The notes under the pieces: generated by a model
The model's input: only the letters and a program-made list of their open reading frames with translations
The model's database searches: none
Told to the model about the DNA's origin: nothing
Translations under genes and position numbers: made by a program
Source of the DNA: an uncultured Acidobacteriota bacterium
GTDB taxonomy: Bacteria > Acidobacteriota > Thermoanaerobaculia > Multivoradales > JAHEKO01
DNA: 64,000 nucleotides
NCBI GenBank assembly: GCA_963713825.1
Contig: CAVQNG010000004.1
Span: forward strand, 286,592-350,591
Direction: 5' to 3'
Shown here: positions 22,849-32,476 of the stretch, one piece after another
Layout of the letters: every line of letters starts with the position of its first letter
How positions within the stretch are numbered: the stretch's first letter is position 1

Positions 22849-24225
22849 TTGCCGCCACCAACTTCAGACCAAAACGGCTCTGTGGCCCTGATCAGGCTCA
22901 AATGGGCCTTTCTGATCACGCTACTGGTCCTCTTCGTTTTCGTCGAGTTCGCGCGCTATAACCTGAGGTCGTACCTGGACACCTGGTCGGGGCGACTGAT
23001 GATGGACCTCGTCATCCTGGTGGGTGGGGTCTTCTTCTTCGGCGTCGTCTTCAATCTAGTCTCACGACTGCAGATGCGCCTCGAGCGTCAGAACCGTGAG
23101 CTGCTGGCTCTGCACTGGGCGGCATTGGACATCTACGGAGAAGTTTCTCTCGGCACGGTGCTGCAGAAAGTTGTCGACCAGGCGCGTCAATTGCTGGAAG
23201 CCCGCTACGGAGCCATTGCCGTCTATGACGACAAAGGCCTGCTGAAAGAGTTCATGACTTCAGGAATGTCGGAGGAAAACAAGGAGGCCATCGGTACCCT
23301 TCCCGAGGGTCGCGGGCTCCTGGGAGTCGTCTTGCGACAAGGCCAACGGATTCGTCTTCCCGACGTCGAACGGGATCCGCGCTCTGTCGGCTTCCCGCCG
23401 AACCACCCTGAGATGCACTCGCTGCTGGCGATCCCGATCGTCTGCAAAGGGCCATTTCGTGGCAACCTCTACGTCTCCGAGAAGATCACGGCCCTCGAGT
23501 TCGCACCCGAGGACGAAGAGACCCTGGTGCGCTTCGCCACCGCCGCCGCCATTGCGATCGACAATGCACACCTCAATCAGCGGCTGCGAACCCTGGCAGT
23601 GGCCGAAGAGCGCGTTCGGATCGCCAGGGAGATCCACGACGGCATGGCTCAGATCCTGGCCTACGTCAACACCAAAGCTCAGGCAGTCAAGGCATACCTG
23701 GACAAGGACAAGCCGGAACAAGCCTCGGCCCAACTCGAACAGCTGGCGTCGGCTGCCAGGGAGGTCTACACCGATGCTCGAGAAGGCATCATGGCCCTGC
23801 GCACGAGGGTGGGCCCCGATCAACCCCTGAGCGAAGCTCTCCAGCACTACATAGAACGGTGGGAGCTGCAGAGTGGCATCGCCGGCTCGCTGGAGATCGA
23901 GGGTGAGATCCAAGTCTCGACGACCGTAGAGCTGCAGCTTCTGAGAATTCTCCAAGAGGCTCTCTCCAACACACGCAAGCACTCCGGGGCGACCCAGGTC
24001 GAGGTGAGAATCCACCAGGAGCAGGACCGACTGATCGCGTCAGTGGAAGACGATGGCACGGGGTTCGACCCTTCGAATCGTCCACGGGAGGCCTTCCCCC
24101 GCTTCGGCCTGGCGATCATGCGCGAGCGCGCCGAGAGCATCGGTGGCTCCCTCGACCTGGAGACCTCGCCCGGTAGTGGGACTCGCGTTAAGATAGAGGT
24201 ACCGTTCGCATCCACCAGTTTCTAG
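22849..24225 (+). CDS. Membrane GAF-domain sensor histidine kinase (HisKA_3, DosS/DevS-like)
   Basis: Two TM helices, GAF with SVGFPPNHP, EERVRIAREIHD H-box, EALSN..KH, DDGTGF and FGLAIMRER. Confidence 0.9.
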   Translation: MPPPTSDQNGSVALIRLKWAFLITLLVLFVFVEFARYNLRSYLDTWSGRLMMDLVILVGGVFFFGVVFNLVSRLQMRLERQNRELLALHWAALDIYGEVSLGTVLQKVVDQARQLLEARYGAIAVYDDKGLLKEFMTSGMSEENKEAIGTLPEGRGLLGVVLRQGQRIRLPDVERDPRSVGFPPNHPEMHSLLAIPIVCKGPFRGNLYVSEKITALEFAPEDEETLVRFATAAAIAIDNAHLNQRLRTLAVAEERVRIAREIHDGMAQILAYVNTKAQAVKAYLDKDKPEQASAQLEQLASAAREVYTDAREGIMALRTRVGPDQPLSEALQHYIERWELQSGIAGSLEIEGEIQVSTTVELQLLRILQEALSNTRKHSGATQVEVRIHQEQDRLIASVEDDGTGFDPSNRPREAFPRFGLAIMRERAESIGGSLDLETSPGSGTRVKIEVPFASTSF

Positions 24226-24237
24226 AGGTAAACGCTC

Positions 24238-24897
24238 ATGAGAATACTCATCGCCGACGACCACGCCCTGTTTCGAGACAGCCTTCGCAGCCTCCTCGAA
24301 TCCCAGGACATCGAGGTGGTCGCAGAAGCCAAGAACGGCCAGGAGGCCGTCGATCTGTCGTGGGAGTGCAAGCCCGACGTCGTGCTCATGGACTTGACGA
24401 TGCCCGAGATGGATGGACTCGAGGCGACCAAGCGGATCGCCTCGGAGCTTCCCGACGTCAAAGTCGTCATCCTGACGGCGTCGGACGAGGACAGCAACCT
24501 CTTCGAGGCCATCAAGTCCGGTGCCAAAGGTTATCTTCTGAAGGACCTCGAGTCCGAGCAATTCTTCAGCCTGCTGGAGGGTGTCGAGCGCGGCGAGCCG
24601 GCATTGACTCCGAGCGTGGCCCGCAAGTTACTGGACGAGTTCGCGCGCCCCAAGAAGCCGACCAAAGAAGAGTACGATCCGGATGCTCTCACCGACCGCG
24701 AACGGGAGGTCCTGGAGTTGATGGTCCAGGGCACGACCTCGAATCGGCGACTGGCCAAGCACCTCGGAGTGAGCGAGAACACCGTGAAGTTCCACGTGCG
24801 AAACATCCTCGACAAGCTCCACCTGCACAACCGAGCGCAGGTGGTCGCCTATGCGCTGCGCACACGCTTGGTGGATTCTCCGCCCGACGCGGAGTGA
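24238..24897 (+). CDS. NarL/LuxR-family response regulator
   Basis: ADDH..DVVLMDLTMP receiver domain and LTDREREVL..SENTVKFH HTH. Confidence 0.93.
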   Translation: MRILIADDHALFRDSLRSLLESQDIEVVAEAKNGQEAVDLSWECKPDVVLMDLTMPEMDGLEATKRIASELPDVKVVILTASDEDSNLFEAIKSGAKGYLLKDLESEQFFSLLEGVERGEPALTPSVARKLLDEFARPKKPTKEEYDPDALTDREREVLELMVQGTTSNRRLAKHLGVSENTVKFHVRNILDKLHLHNRAQVVAYALRTRLVDSPPDAE

Positions 24898-24931
24898 ACC
24901 TCATCCCAGGGCCTGAAAGGAGGGCCGCCCC

Positions 24932-25855
24932 ATGATGCGGATCCGTCGCATCCTCTACCCCACCGACTTCTCAGCCACCGCCACACAGGCATTGAAGCAC
25001 GCCCTGTTTCTGGCGGAGCAGTTCGAGGCGGAGCTGCACATGCTCCACGCCATCATTCTTCACGAGAGCGACCCGAGGGATCCGGATCGACACTTCCCGG
25101 AGCCGTCCGAGATTCTCAACCAGCTCTTCGAGATCGCCGATTCCGAGATGGCAGAGATCGTTCGCAAGAACGAGGCCAAGACGTTCAGCCTCGTCGAGGC
25201 GAAGGTCAGGGGCTATTCGGCGGGCGAGGTGATTCTGCGGTATACGGATGAGCACGACATCGACCTGGTCGTCATGGGTACCCATGGCCGGCGGGGTCCG
25301 GCGCGACTGTTTCTCGGCAGCGTGGCCGAGGAGGTCGTGCGTCACGCCCCCTGCCCCGTGCTCACCTTGCGCGAGGAGAAGGCTCCACAAGCGATCGAGG
25401 CCGTGGAAAAGATCCTCGTCCCCGTGGACTTCTCTCCCTACTCCCAAGAGGCCCTGTCGTACGGTAAGGAAGTGGCCGCCCTCTACGGCGCGGGACTACA
25501 GGTTCTGCACACGATCGAAGAGCCGGCTTACCCGTACTTCTACACACCTGGGGGCACCTACTCCCCCGTCGAGCAACTCGAAGCCCTGCGCGAGAAAGCC
25601 GAAGAGGCCCTGGACAAGATGCTGTCGGAGACTCCGGGACCCGAGGTACCCGCCGAGCGATTCGTCGCCACGGGACGACCGGCAAGCGAAATCGCCCGGT
25701 TCGCCGAGGAGCGCGGCTCCGACATGGTGGTGATCGCTACCCACGGCCTGACCGGACTGGAGCGCCTGCTGGTGGGCAGCACCGCGGAGCAGGTCGTGCG
25801 GCTCGCACACTGCCCGGTGTTTACGGTCAAGAGCTTTGGAAAGAGTCTGATATAG
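24932..25855 (+). CDS. Tandem-domain universal stress protein
   Basis: Two ILxPxDFS...GTHG..LGS units. Confidence 0.92.
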   Translation: MMRIRRILYPTDFSATATQALKHALFLAEQFEAELHMLHAIILHESDPRDPDRHFPEPSEILNQLFEIADSEMAEIVRKNEAKTFSLVEAKVRGYSAGEVILRYTDEHDIDLVVMGTHGRRGPARLFLGSVAEEVVRHAPCPVLTLREEKAPQAIEAVEKILVPVDFSPYSQEALSYGKEVAALYGAGLQVLHTIEEPAYPYFYTPGGTYSPVEQLEALREKAEEALDKMLSETPGPEVPAERFVATGRPASEIARFAEERGSDMVVIATHGLTGLERLLVGSTAEQVVRLAHCPVFTVKSFGKSLI

Positions 25856-25856
25856 A

Positions 25857-26024
25857 GGGTGTAGGGGCTCAGGGGCGTAAGGTAGTAGCGTCCTGGGTAA
25901 CAGAAGGGCTTCCTTATTCAGGCGGAATCTGACTGACTGCCCAAAGACAGGCCGGAGGTACAACGGGCTCCTCAACCCCCAAGCCCTCAAAGATCGGTCG
26001 AAGGTATGCCGGCCGCCTCAACCC
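25857..26024. repeat. 8-mer array plus two family C units
   Basis: GGCCGGAGGTACAACGGGCTCCTCAACCC and CGAAGGTATGCCGGCCGCCTCAACCC. Confidence 0.7.
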
Positions 26025-26045
26025 GCTCTGTTTGGCCCACCAGGG

Positions 26046-26450
26046 TTAAACAGTGCTCGCGACCGCTTGAACGGCTCGCTGTAGGGCCTCCCCGACGTCT
26101 TCCGCGACCTCGGCGAGGCCTTCGGCCTGCAAGACCCCCAGGGCGACACCTGGGTTCATGGCTCGCACCACCGTGCGTCCATCTTCGACCGACACCGTCA
26201 CGTTGCATGGCAACAGCACTCCGACCTCGGGTGCGGTGGCCAAGGCCTTGTAGGCCGACGGCGCATGGCAGGCCCCCAGGATGACGTAGGGAGTGCGGTC
26301 GACGTCCAGCTTCTTCTTCAGAGTGGCCTGAATGTCGATCTCGGTCAGAACTCCGAAGCCCTCGGAGGCCAAGGCCTCCTTGCATCGCGCCACCGCTTCT
26401 TCGTAGCTCAGATCCGTGATGATGGAAAAGGCGACCTGATCCGTGTCCAT
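26046..26450 (-). CDS. DUF302 domain protein
   Basis: GFGVLTEID..TLKKKL, ILGAC and LLPCNV motifs. Confidence 0.9.
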   Translation of the reverse strand: MDTDQVAFSIITDLSYEEAVARCKEALASEGFGVLTEIDIQATLKKKLDVDRTPYVILGACHAPSAYKALATAPEVGVLLPCNVTVSVEDGRTVVRAMNPGVALGVLQAEGLAEVAEDVGEALQRAVQAVASTV

Positions 26451-26482
26451 TCGAATTCCCCCAATTTCCAGTCGGTCTCTTT

Positions 26483-26989
26483 CTAGTCGGTCTCGGCCAG
26501 CAATGCGAGCATGTCCGATGTGCTGACAATCCCGACGACTTTCCCGTCGCGCACCACCAGTAGACGGTGCAGATGCGAATCCATCATGCTCTGAGCCACG
26601 GTCATGATGGGTGCCTCGGCTTCAACAGCGAAGACAGAAGGCGTCATGATCTCGCGGACCGTCAACTCATCGTCCTCCAGATGGAGCGTCTCCAGCTCAT
26701 CGGCGCTGAGCTTGCCCTCCCAGCCGCGCGTATAGAAATGCGCTTCCCGGTCGTGACCATTCATCAAACGATCGCCACCGGATGAAGCCGCGCGAACGAT
26801 ATCGGTTACGGAAACGACACCGATCAGGGCACCGTGCTCGTCCTCAACGGGTGCCCCCGAGATCTCCTGGTCGGTCAGAAAGCTGGCCAACTCCCTGACC
26901 GTCATCTCGTTGGTCACCGTGATGACTTCCGGATTCATGATGTCCTGAGCAGTGAGTGATTTCGGCATTCCGTCGCTCCTCTGATTCAC
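26483..26989 (-). CDS. CBS domain protein
   Basis: Two CBS repeats (ISGAPV..GVVSVTD; HRLLVV..GIVSTSD). Confidence 0.9.
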   Translation of the reverse strand: MNQRSDGMPKSLTAQDIMNPEVITVTNEMTVRELASFLTDQEISGAPVEDEHGALIGVVSVTDIVRAASSGGDRLMNGHDREAHFYTRGWEGKLSADELETLHLEDDELTVREIMTPSVFAVEAEAPIMTVAQSMMDSHLHRLLVVRDGKVVGIVSTSDMLALLAETD

Positions 26990-27100
26990 CCTCTACCTTA
27001 CTCCCAAAACAGCTCCATTTCGAGGCCAATCGAGCACTAACGCGACGCGTCAGGAGTCGGATAGACTAAGTTGTCCTTGATTTGATTTCTCCGGCCGTTG

Positions 27101-27116
27101 CCCCTTGAACGGGTGG
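27101..27116. promoter_or_regulatory. Candidate regulator site CCCCTT-GAAC-GGGTGG
   Basis: Degenerate member of the palindrome family, in the divergent CBS/Rieske intergenic region. Confidence 0.4.
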
Positions 27117-27144
27117 CCTTCCGGAGCCTACGCGAGAGGGATCC

Positions 27145-27615
27145 ATGACCGATACAACTCCTTCCGGTACTTCGCGCCGACGGTTCCTGAACTGGTTCCT
27201 CGGCACGGCAGCGGGCGCCCTGGCCGTCGCTGTCCTCTATCCGGTTCTCCGCTTCGTCAGCCCGCCCGAGGTTCCCGAGGCGAGCACAAATCAGGTGGAG
27301 GCCGGCCCGACCAACGACCCAGAGCTCCTCGAGAAGGGATTCAAGATCGTGCGGTTCGGCGCCGACCCGGTCATCCTGGTGCGGCTTTCGGACACGGAGT
27401 TCCGCGCCTTTGCGGGTACCTGTACCCACCTCGATTGCATCGTCGAGTTCCAGAAGGACAAGCAGCGCATCTGGTGCAACTGTCACAACGGCGACTACAA
27501 CCTGCAGGGGCAAGTCGTCGCCGGCCCGCCACCCAAACCGTTGGAGCCCTTCAAGGTGGACCTGGTCGCCAAGGGCTCGGGTCAACCGAAAACCATCGTC
27601 GTCTCGCGAGCCTGA
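27145..27615 (+). CDS. Rieske [2Fe-2S] subunit 1
   Basis: Tat signal SRRRFL; CTHLDC and CNCHNG boxes; GPPPKPL. Confidence 0.93.
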   Translation: MTDTTPSGTSRRRFLNWFLGTAAGALAVAVLYPVLRFVSPPEVPEASTNQVEAGPTNDPELLEKGFKIVRFGADPVILVRLSDTEFRAFAGTCTHLDCIVEFQKDKQRIWCNCHNGDYNLQGQVVAGPPPKPLEPFKVDLVAKGSGQPKTIVVSRA

Positions 27616-27618
27616 GCC

Positions 27619-28809
27619 ATGAAAGACATCGCCCGCACCGTCCGATCCTGGTTCGACGACCGCTTGCCGGTGACCGAGGTCCAGGACTTCGCCACCCACA
27701 AGACCGTTCCGACCCACCGCTACTCGGTGTTCTACTACCTGGGTGGCATGACGATGTTCTTCTTCGTCATCCAGATCGTGACCGGCATCATGCTGATGCT
27801 CTACTACCGACCGTCGGCCGACGGTGCATTCGAGTCGGTCGAGTTCATCATGACCGTGGTGCCATTCGGCTGGCTGATCCGCTCGATCCACTCGTGGTCG
27901 GCCAATCTGATGGTCTTCTTCGCCTTCGTCCATCTGGCCACCGTCTACTTCACCAAGTCGTACCGCAACCCTCGCGAAATGACCTGGGTCACCGGCTGCC
28001 TGCTGCTCTTCCTGGCCATGGCCTTCGGTTTCTCGGGGTACCTGCTGCCCTGGAATCAGCTGGCTTTCTTTGCCACCAAAGTCGGCACCGACATCGCCGG
28101 CGCTGTGCCGTTCATCGGCGAGTGGACGCTGCGCTTTCTGCGCGGTGGTGATCGGGTCACAGGAGGAACCCTCTCCCGATTCTTCGGCTGGCACGTGGCG
28201 ATTCTGCCGGCCATTACCACCGTGCTGCTCGGGATTCACCTGCTTCTGGTCCAGGTACAGGGAATGAGCGTGCCCCCCAAGCAACAGGACGAAGCGGCCG
28301 GCAAACGCCCCATGAAGTTCTTCCCCGATTTCGCCATGCGCGATCTCTGGGGTTGGATCCTGGCACTTGGGGTTCTGGCCGCGATCGCCGCACTGTTTCC
28401 CTGGGAGCTGGGAGACAAGGCCGACCCCTTCGCACCCGCCTACAAGGACATCCGGCCCGAGTGGTACTTCATGTTCATGTTCGAGACCCTCAAGTTGGTT
28501 CCCGGAGGGGAGATCGCGGGCATCGAGTACGAAGCGATTCCGATTCTCCTGTTCAGCCTCGGCGGCCTACTCATGATGCTCGTGCCGTTCCTGGACAGAA
28601 AGGTCAATCTGACGGGACGAAGCCCCGTCTTCACCTACATCGGAATCCTCGCCCTGATCTACATTGTGGGCATGACAGCTTGGGGCTACCGATCGCTGGC
28701 GCCCCTGTTCATTGTCATCGGCACCGTCGTGCTGATGCTCCTGCTAGGCCTGGCGACGAGACATGACGCGGGACCGGCCGAGGGGCGGACGGAAGGGAGG
28801 GAGTCATGA
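27619..28809 (+). CDS. Cytochrome b (unsplit) of Rieske/cytb complex 1
   Basis: All four heme-ligand His present (SIH..VH, WH..IH); GYLLPW and PEWY motifs. Confidence 0.94.
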   Translation: MKDIARTVRSWFDDRLPVTEVQDFATHKTVPTHRYSVFYYLGGMTMFFFVIQIVTGIMLMLYYRPSADGAFESVEFIMTVVPFGWLIRSIHSWSANLMVFFAFVHLATVYFTKSYRNPREMTWVTGCLLLFLAMAFGFSGYLLPWNQLAFFATKVGTDIAGAVPFIGEWTLRFLRGGDRVTGGTLSRFFGWHVAILPAITTVLLGIHLLLVQVQGMSVPPKQQDEAAGKRPMKFFPDFAMRDLWGWILALGVLAAIAALFPWELGDKADPFAPAYKDIRPEWYFMFMFETLKLVPGGEIAGIEYEAIPILLFSLGGLLMMLVPFLDRKVNLTGRSPVFTYIGILALIYIVGMTAWGYRSLAPLFIVIGTVVLMLLLGLATRHDAGPAEGRTEGRES

Positions 28810-30533
28810 AGCGATCGACTCTTCTGACGCTGGGCTTCGGCCTGTTGTTGGTTTCGGTGACGCCCGTTCTCGCTCAGACCACGACCTCATGCGAAACCTG
28901 CCACGCCGACGGCGACCTTTTCGACGCGGCGAGCATCCAGAAAATGGAGGGCTTCAGCGGTGGGGTGCACGCTGCCTCGGGTCTCTCCTGCCACGACTGT
29001 CATGGCGGCAATCCCGATCCGGCGGTCGCCGACGACATGATGGCGGCGATGGACGAGGGCTACAGTGACAACCCCTACGTAGGAGTGCCTGAAAGAGGCG
29101 CGGTCCCGGGCTTCTGTGGTAGCTGTCACTCAGATCCCACCTACATGAAGCGTTTCAAGCCCGATGCCAGGATCGACCAGGAACGCGAGTACTGGACTTC
29201 CCGTCACGGCATAGCCCTACAGGAGGGCGACATCAACGTCGCCACCTGCATCGACTGTCACGGCGTGCACGGCATCCTCGCTGCCGGCAACCCCGAATCC
29301 ATGGTCTTCCCGACGCAAGTTGCCGAAACCTGTCGGAATTGCCATGGCGATGCGGCACGAATGACCGGCTACGAGTTGCCCAACGGACAGCCGCTGCCGA
29401 TCGACCAGTACGCTCGGTGGAGACAAAGCGTTCATGCCGAAAACCTTCTGGTCAAAGAGGATCTCTCGGCCCCAACCTGCAACGACTGCCACGGCAACCA
29501 CGGCGCAGCCCCACCGGGCCTCGACTCGGTGACCTTCGTCTGCGGTCAGTGCCATGGCCGCGAGGCCGAGATGTTTCGCGCTAGCCCGAAGCTCGTCGCT
29601 TTCGAGATGCACAACGAGTTCATGGCCGAGGCTGGCCCCGCTGGCTGCGCAGGCTGCCACGAAGATCCGGAGCCGCAAGCCTCGGTAACGATGACCAGTC
29701 TGGGCGAGTGCTCCGCTTGTCACGGCAACCACGGCATCGTGCGGCCCTCGGTGGGCATGCTCTCACCGCCTCCGCCCACTCCCTGTCAGTTCTGCCACGG
29801 CGACAACGAGAGAGTGGCGGGGCATCTCCAGGAGCCGGAGGCCATTCGTCAGAGTCACATCGAGACCCGGGATGCGCTGATGGCCGAAGCTGAGGCGCAG
29901 GGACTCGAGGGCGAAGCGCTGTTCAATTGGTTGGTCGATCAGGCGCTGACCCTGCCCAATCACACGATTGCGACCTCGGAAGAGGGTGACCTGGTTCTTC
30001 GTCTGGAGTTCGAGCGGCTGTTCAACAAGTTTCGCCTGGGCAAGACGACCTTTACCTACGAAGACCCGGTGACTGGCGAACCGACCGAAGGGCATGTGAT
30101 CCGCTGCGACACCTGCCACGCCACCGAGCCGCTCCTGGCGGACGAACCGAAGGGCATCCAGGTCTCGGGCGCGATCCAAAATCGGATGCGGGAGCTGACG
30201 TCACTGACGGCAGGCGCCGAGAGGGTCCTGCTGCGGGCCCGAAGAGGCGGCGTCGAAACACGCCACGCACTCTCCGAGATCGATCAGGCGGTCGACGCAC
30301 AGATCGGCCTCGAAGTCCTGGTGCACGGATTCTCCGTCGACGAGGACAGTGAGTTCATGGAGACGCACGCAACGGGCATGGAGCACGCGAATGCCGCTTT
30401 TGCCGCCGGTATCGAAGCCTTGGACGAGATGGCATTTCGGCGCAAGGGAATGCTGGTCTCCCTGGCCGTGATCGTGCTGGTACTGATCGGCCTGGCCTTC
30501 AAGATCCGACAGATCTCAGCCCGGGCAGACTAG
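28806..30533 (+). CDS. Membrane-anchored multiheme cytochrome c (11 CXXCH)
   Basis: Signal peptide, 11 CXXCH counted, C-terminal TM helix; ATGA overlap with cytochrome b. Confidence 0.92.
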   Translation: MKRSTLLTLGFGLLLVSVTPVLAQTTTSCETCHADGDLFDAASIQKMEGFSGGVHAASGLSCHDCHGGNPDPAVADDMMAAMDEGYSDNPYVGVPERGAVPGFCGSCHSDPTYMKRFKPDARIDQEREYWTSRHGIALQEGDINVATCIDCHGVHGILAAGNPESMVFPTQVAETCRNCHGDAARMTGYELPNGQPLPIDQYARWRQSVHAENLLVKEDLSAPTCNDCHGNHGAAPPGLDSVTFVCGQCHGREAEMFRASPKLVAFEMHNEFMAEAGPAGCAGCHEDPEPQASVTMTSLGECSACHGNHGIVRPSVGMLSPPPPTPCQFCHGDNERVAGHLQEPEAIRQSHIETRDALMAEAEAQGLEGEALFNWLVDQALTLPNHTIATSEEGDLVLRLEFERLFNKFRLGKTTFTYEDPVTGEPTEGHVIRCDTCHATEPLLADEPKGIQVSGAIQNRMRELTSLTAGAERVLLRARRGGVETRHALSEIDQAVDAQIGLEVLVHGFSVDEDSEFMETHATGMEHANAAFAAGIEALDEMAFRRKGMLVSLAVIVLVLIGLAFKIRQISARAD

Positions 30534-30544
30534 CGTCTGCCTGG

Positions 30545-31006
30545 GCTTCGAGGCTTGAACCGTCCGTCGTACCTCCGGCCGGCCTTTGGGGGCTTGAGGG
30601 TTGAGGAGTCCGTCGTCCCTCCGGCCTACCTTTGAGGCAGTAGGGCCCCCTCCCTCCCACGCGTATACGCCTCTGAACCCCTACGCCCCTAAGCCCCTAT
30701 GCCTCTAGCGGTGCCAGAGGTTCGTTCGGGTGGTTCGACAGGGGGCGCCGAGTCGAGCGCGGCGCAAGGTACATCAAAGGGCACAACAGATGAGGCGCGA
30801 TGACGAGACGAGGTGGCGGCCCGACCGTCAAAGTCCGAATAGCCGCCACCGTCCCCTTGCGGACCACCCGGACGGACCTCTATGAGATATCGGTCCGTTG
30901 CTCAAGGCCAAGGGCCCAAGCCCCAAGGGTTGACCGCGACGAAGCGCGGACAATTCAACCCCAAGCCCTCAAAGACCGGCTGGAGGTACGACAGCCACCT
31001 CAACCC
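30545..31006. repeat. Composite: family C units, 8-mer array, family B element (30716-30881) and a further family C unit
   Basis: CCCCTACG CCCCTAAG CCCCTATG array, then AGAGGTTCGTTCGGGTGGTTCG...CGGACCACCCGGACGGACCTCT. Confidence 0.85.
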
Positions 31007-32464
31007 TCATTGCGGCTTCTTCGCAACCGCGATGAGGCCCAGGCTCGGCCAGGGGAGGAAGCGATCCATGCGGCGGAGGATCGGCACCATCAGATCGAAG
31101 ATCTTGAGCTGGACCCGGCTGAAGGAGCGACGGCGCAGGACCTTGCCGTTGAACCACCACGCGGGCGCGGAGATCCGGTTGAAAGGCTGGGTCTTCTCCA
31201 CGTGGAGGCCAACAATCTCGAGCTCGGCCTGCAGGCTCTCGGCCGAGTATCGGCAGCGGTGCCCAAGTGCCTCGTCGAGACTCGAGTAGAGGCCCGGACC
31301 GACTGGCACATACAGCACCAACTTGCCGCCTGGCTGCAGGGCTCTGCTCATGCGTTGCAGGGCCGCTACCGGATCCTCGACGTGCTCCAGCACATTGAGG
31401 CAGATCACCGTGTCGAACTGGTCGGCGACCGCCTCGAAGCCATCGTCCTTCTCGAGGTCCAGAAGCGCGACGTCCAGATAGGGCTTGCCGACACTCTGAT
31501 TCTCGAGGTAGGTCAGGTAGGCGGGATTGATGTCGCTGGCGAGATACCGATCCCGCGGCACCAGCAGTGAGGTCAGGTTCCCGATGCCGGCGCCGATCTC
31601 CAAGACTCTCGAGCCCAGCATGGGGCGCACGGCATCGGCCATCCAGCCGTTGAACCGCTGGGCCCTTTCCAGGGCGTGCAGAATCATGCCGCCATACTCG
31701 TCCTGTTTGTAGAGGTCGTCCACCATCCAGAAATGGCCGATGGCCCCCAGCGCCTTGAAGCCATCCTTCCAACCGATCTTCTTGCCTTCCTGGTAGGTCC
31801 TGCCGCTATAGCTGATGGGGACTTCGAAAATGCGGCAATTGCGCTTGGCGAACTTGGCGGTGAGCTCGATCTCCAAACGAAAATCGTCGGAGCGGATCGG
31901 GATCGATTGCAGGAGAGGACCGCGCACCATCTTGTAACAGGTCTCGACGTCCGTGAGGTTCAGGTCGGTGGCCCAATTGCTCATGAAGGTGATCAAGCGG
32001 TTACCCAGGGTGTGCCTGAAGTAGAGGACACGCCGACGGTCGCCGCTCAAGAACCGCGAACCGTAGACGACGTCGGCACCGTCCTCGAGGAACGGCGCCA
32101 CCAGCTTCGCCAGGTCCTGTGGGTCGTATTCGAGATCGGCATCCTGAAAGACGATCAGATCGCCCGTCGCGGCCTCGATTCCGGTGCGTACGGCGGCACC
32201 CTTGCCCTGGTTCACGTCGTGATGCAGGACCCGAACCCGTTCTGGATGCTCGACAGCGACGGCATCGACGATCGCTGCGCTGCCGTCCGTCGAGGCGTCG
32301 TCGACGACGATGACCTCCAACTCGCGGATGCCAGGGATCGCCACCGCAAGCAGTCGCCCCAGCATCTCGCGCACGAGATAGCGCTCGTTGAACACGGGAA
32401 CGATGGCGCTCAAGCGCAGCCCACCGTTTCTCTCAACCGATTTCGTGGCCGTCTCCATGCTCAT
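31007..32464 (-). CDS. Bifunctional GT2 (DPM-synthase-like) / class I SAM methyltransferase
   Basis: IVPVFNE, NQGKGAA and QDADLEYDP in the N-half; VLEIGAGIG and NVLEH in the C-half. Confidence 0.9.
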   Translation of the reverse strand: MSMETATKSVERNGGLRLSAIVPVFNERYLVREMLGRLLAVAIPGIRELEVIVVDDASTDGSAAIVDAVAVEHPERVRVLHHDVNQGKGAAVRTGIEAATGDLIVFQDADLEYDPQDLAKLVAPFLEDGADVVYGSRFLSGDRRRVLYFRHTLGNRLITFMSNWATDLNLTDVETCYKMVRGPLLQSIPIRSDDFRLEIELTAKFAKRNCRIFEVPISYSGRTYQEGKKIGWKDGFKALGAIGHFWMVDDLYKQDEYGGMILHALERAQRFNGWMADAVRPMLGSRVLEIGAGIGNLTSLLVPRDRYLASDINPAYLTYLENQSVGKPYLDVALLDLEKDDGFEAVADQFDTVICLNVLEHVEDPVAALQRMSRALQPGGKLVLYVPVGPGLYSSLDEALGHRCRYSAESLQAELEIVGLHVEKTQPFNRISAPAWWFNGKVLRRRSFSRVQLKIFDLMVPILRRMDRFLPWPSLGLIAVAKKPQ

Positions 32465-32476
32465 CCATTCCTCACA

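Noticed and set aside
27077-27090. TTGATTTGATTTCT as an FNR box
   Set aside because: Only the left half-site matches TTGAT-N4-ATCAA.
30678-30708. Short tandem 8-mers and dispersed repeats as a CRISPR array
   Set aside because: There is no constant repeat with unique, regularly sized spacers, and no cas genes.
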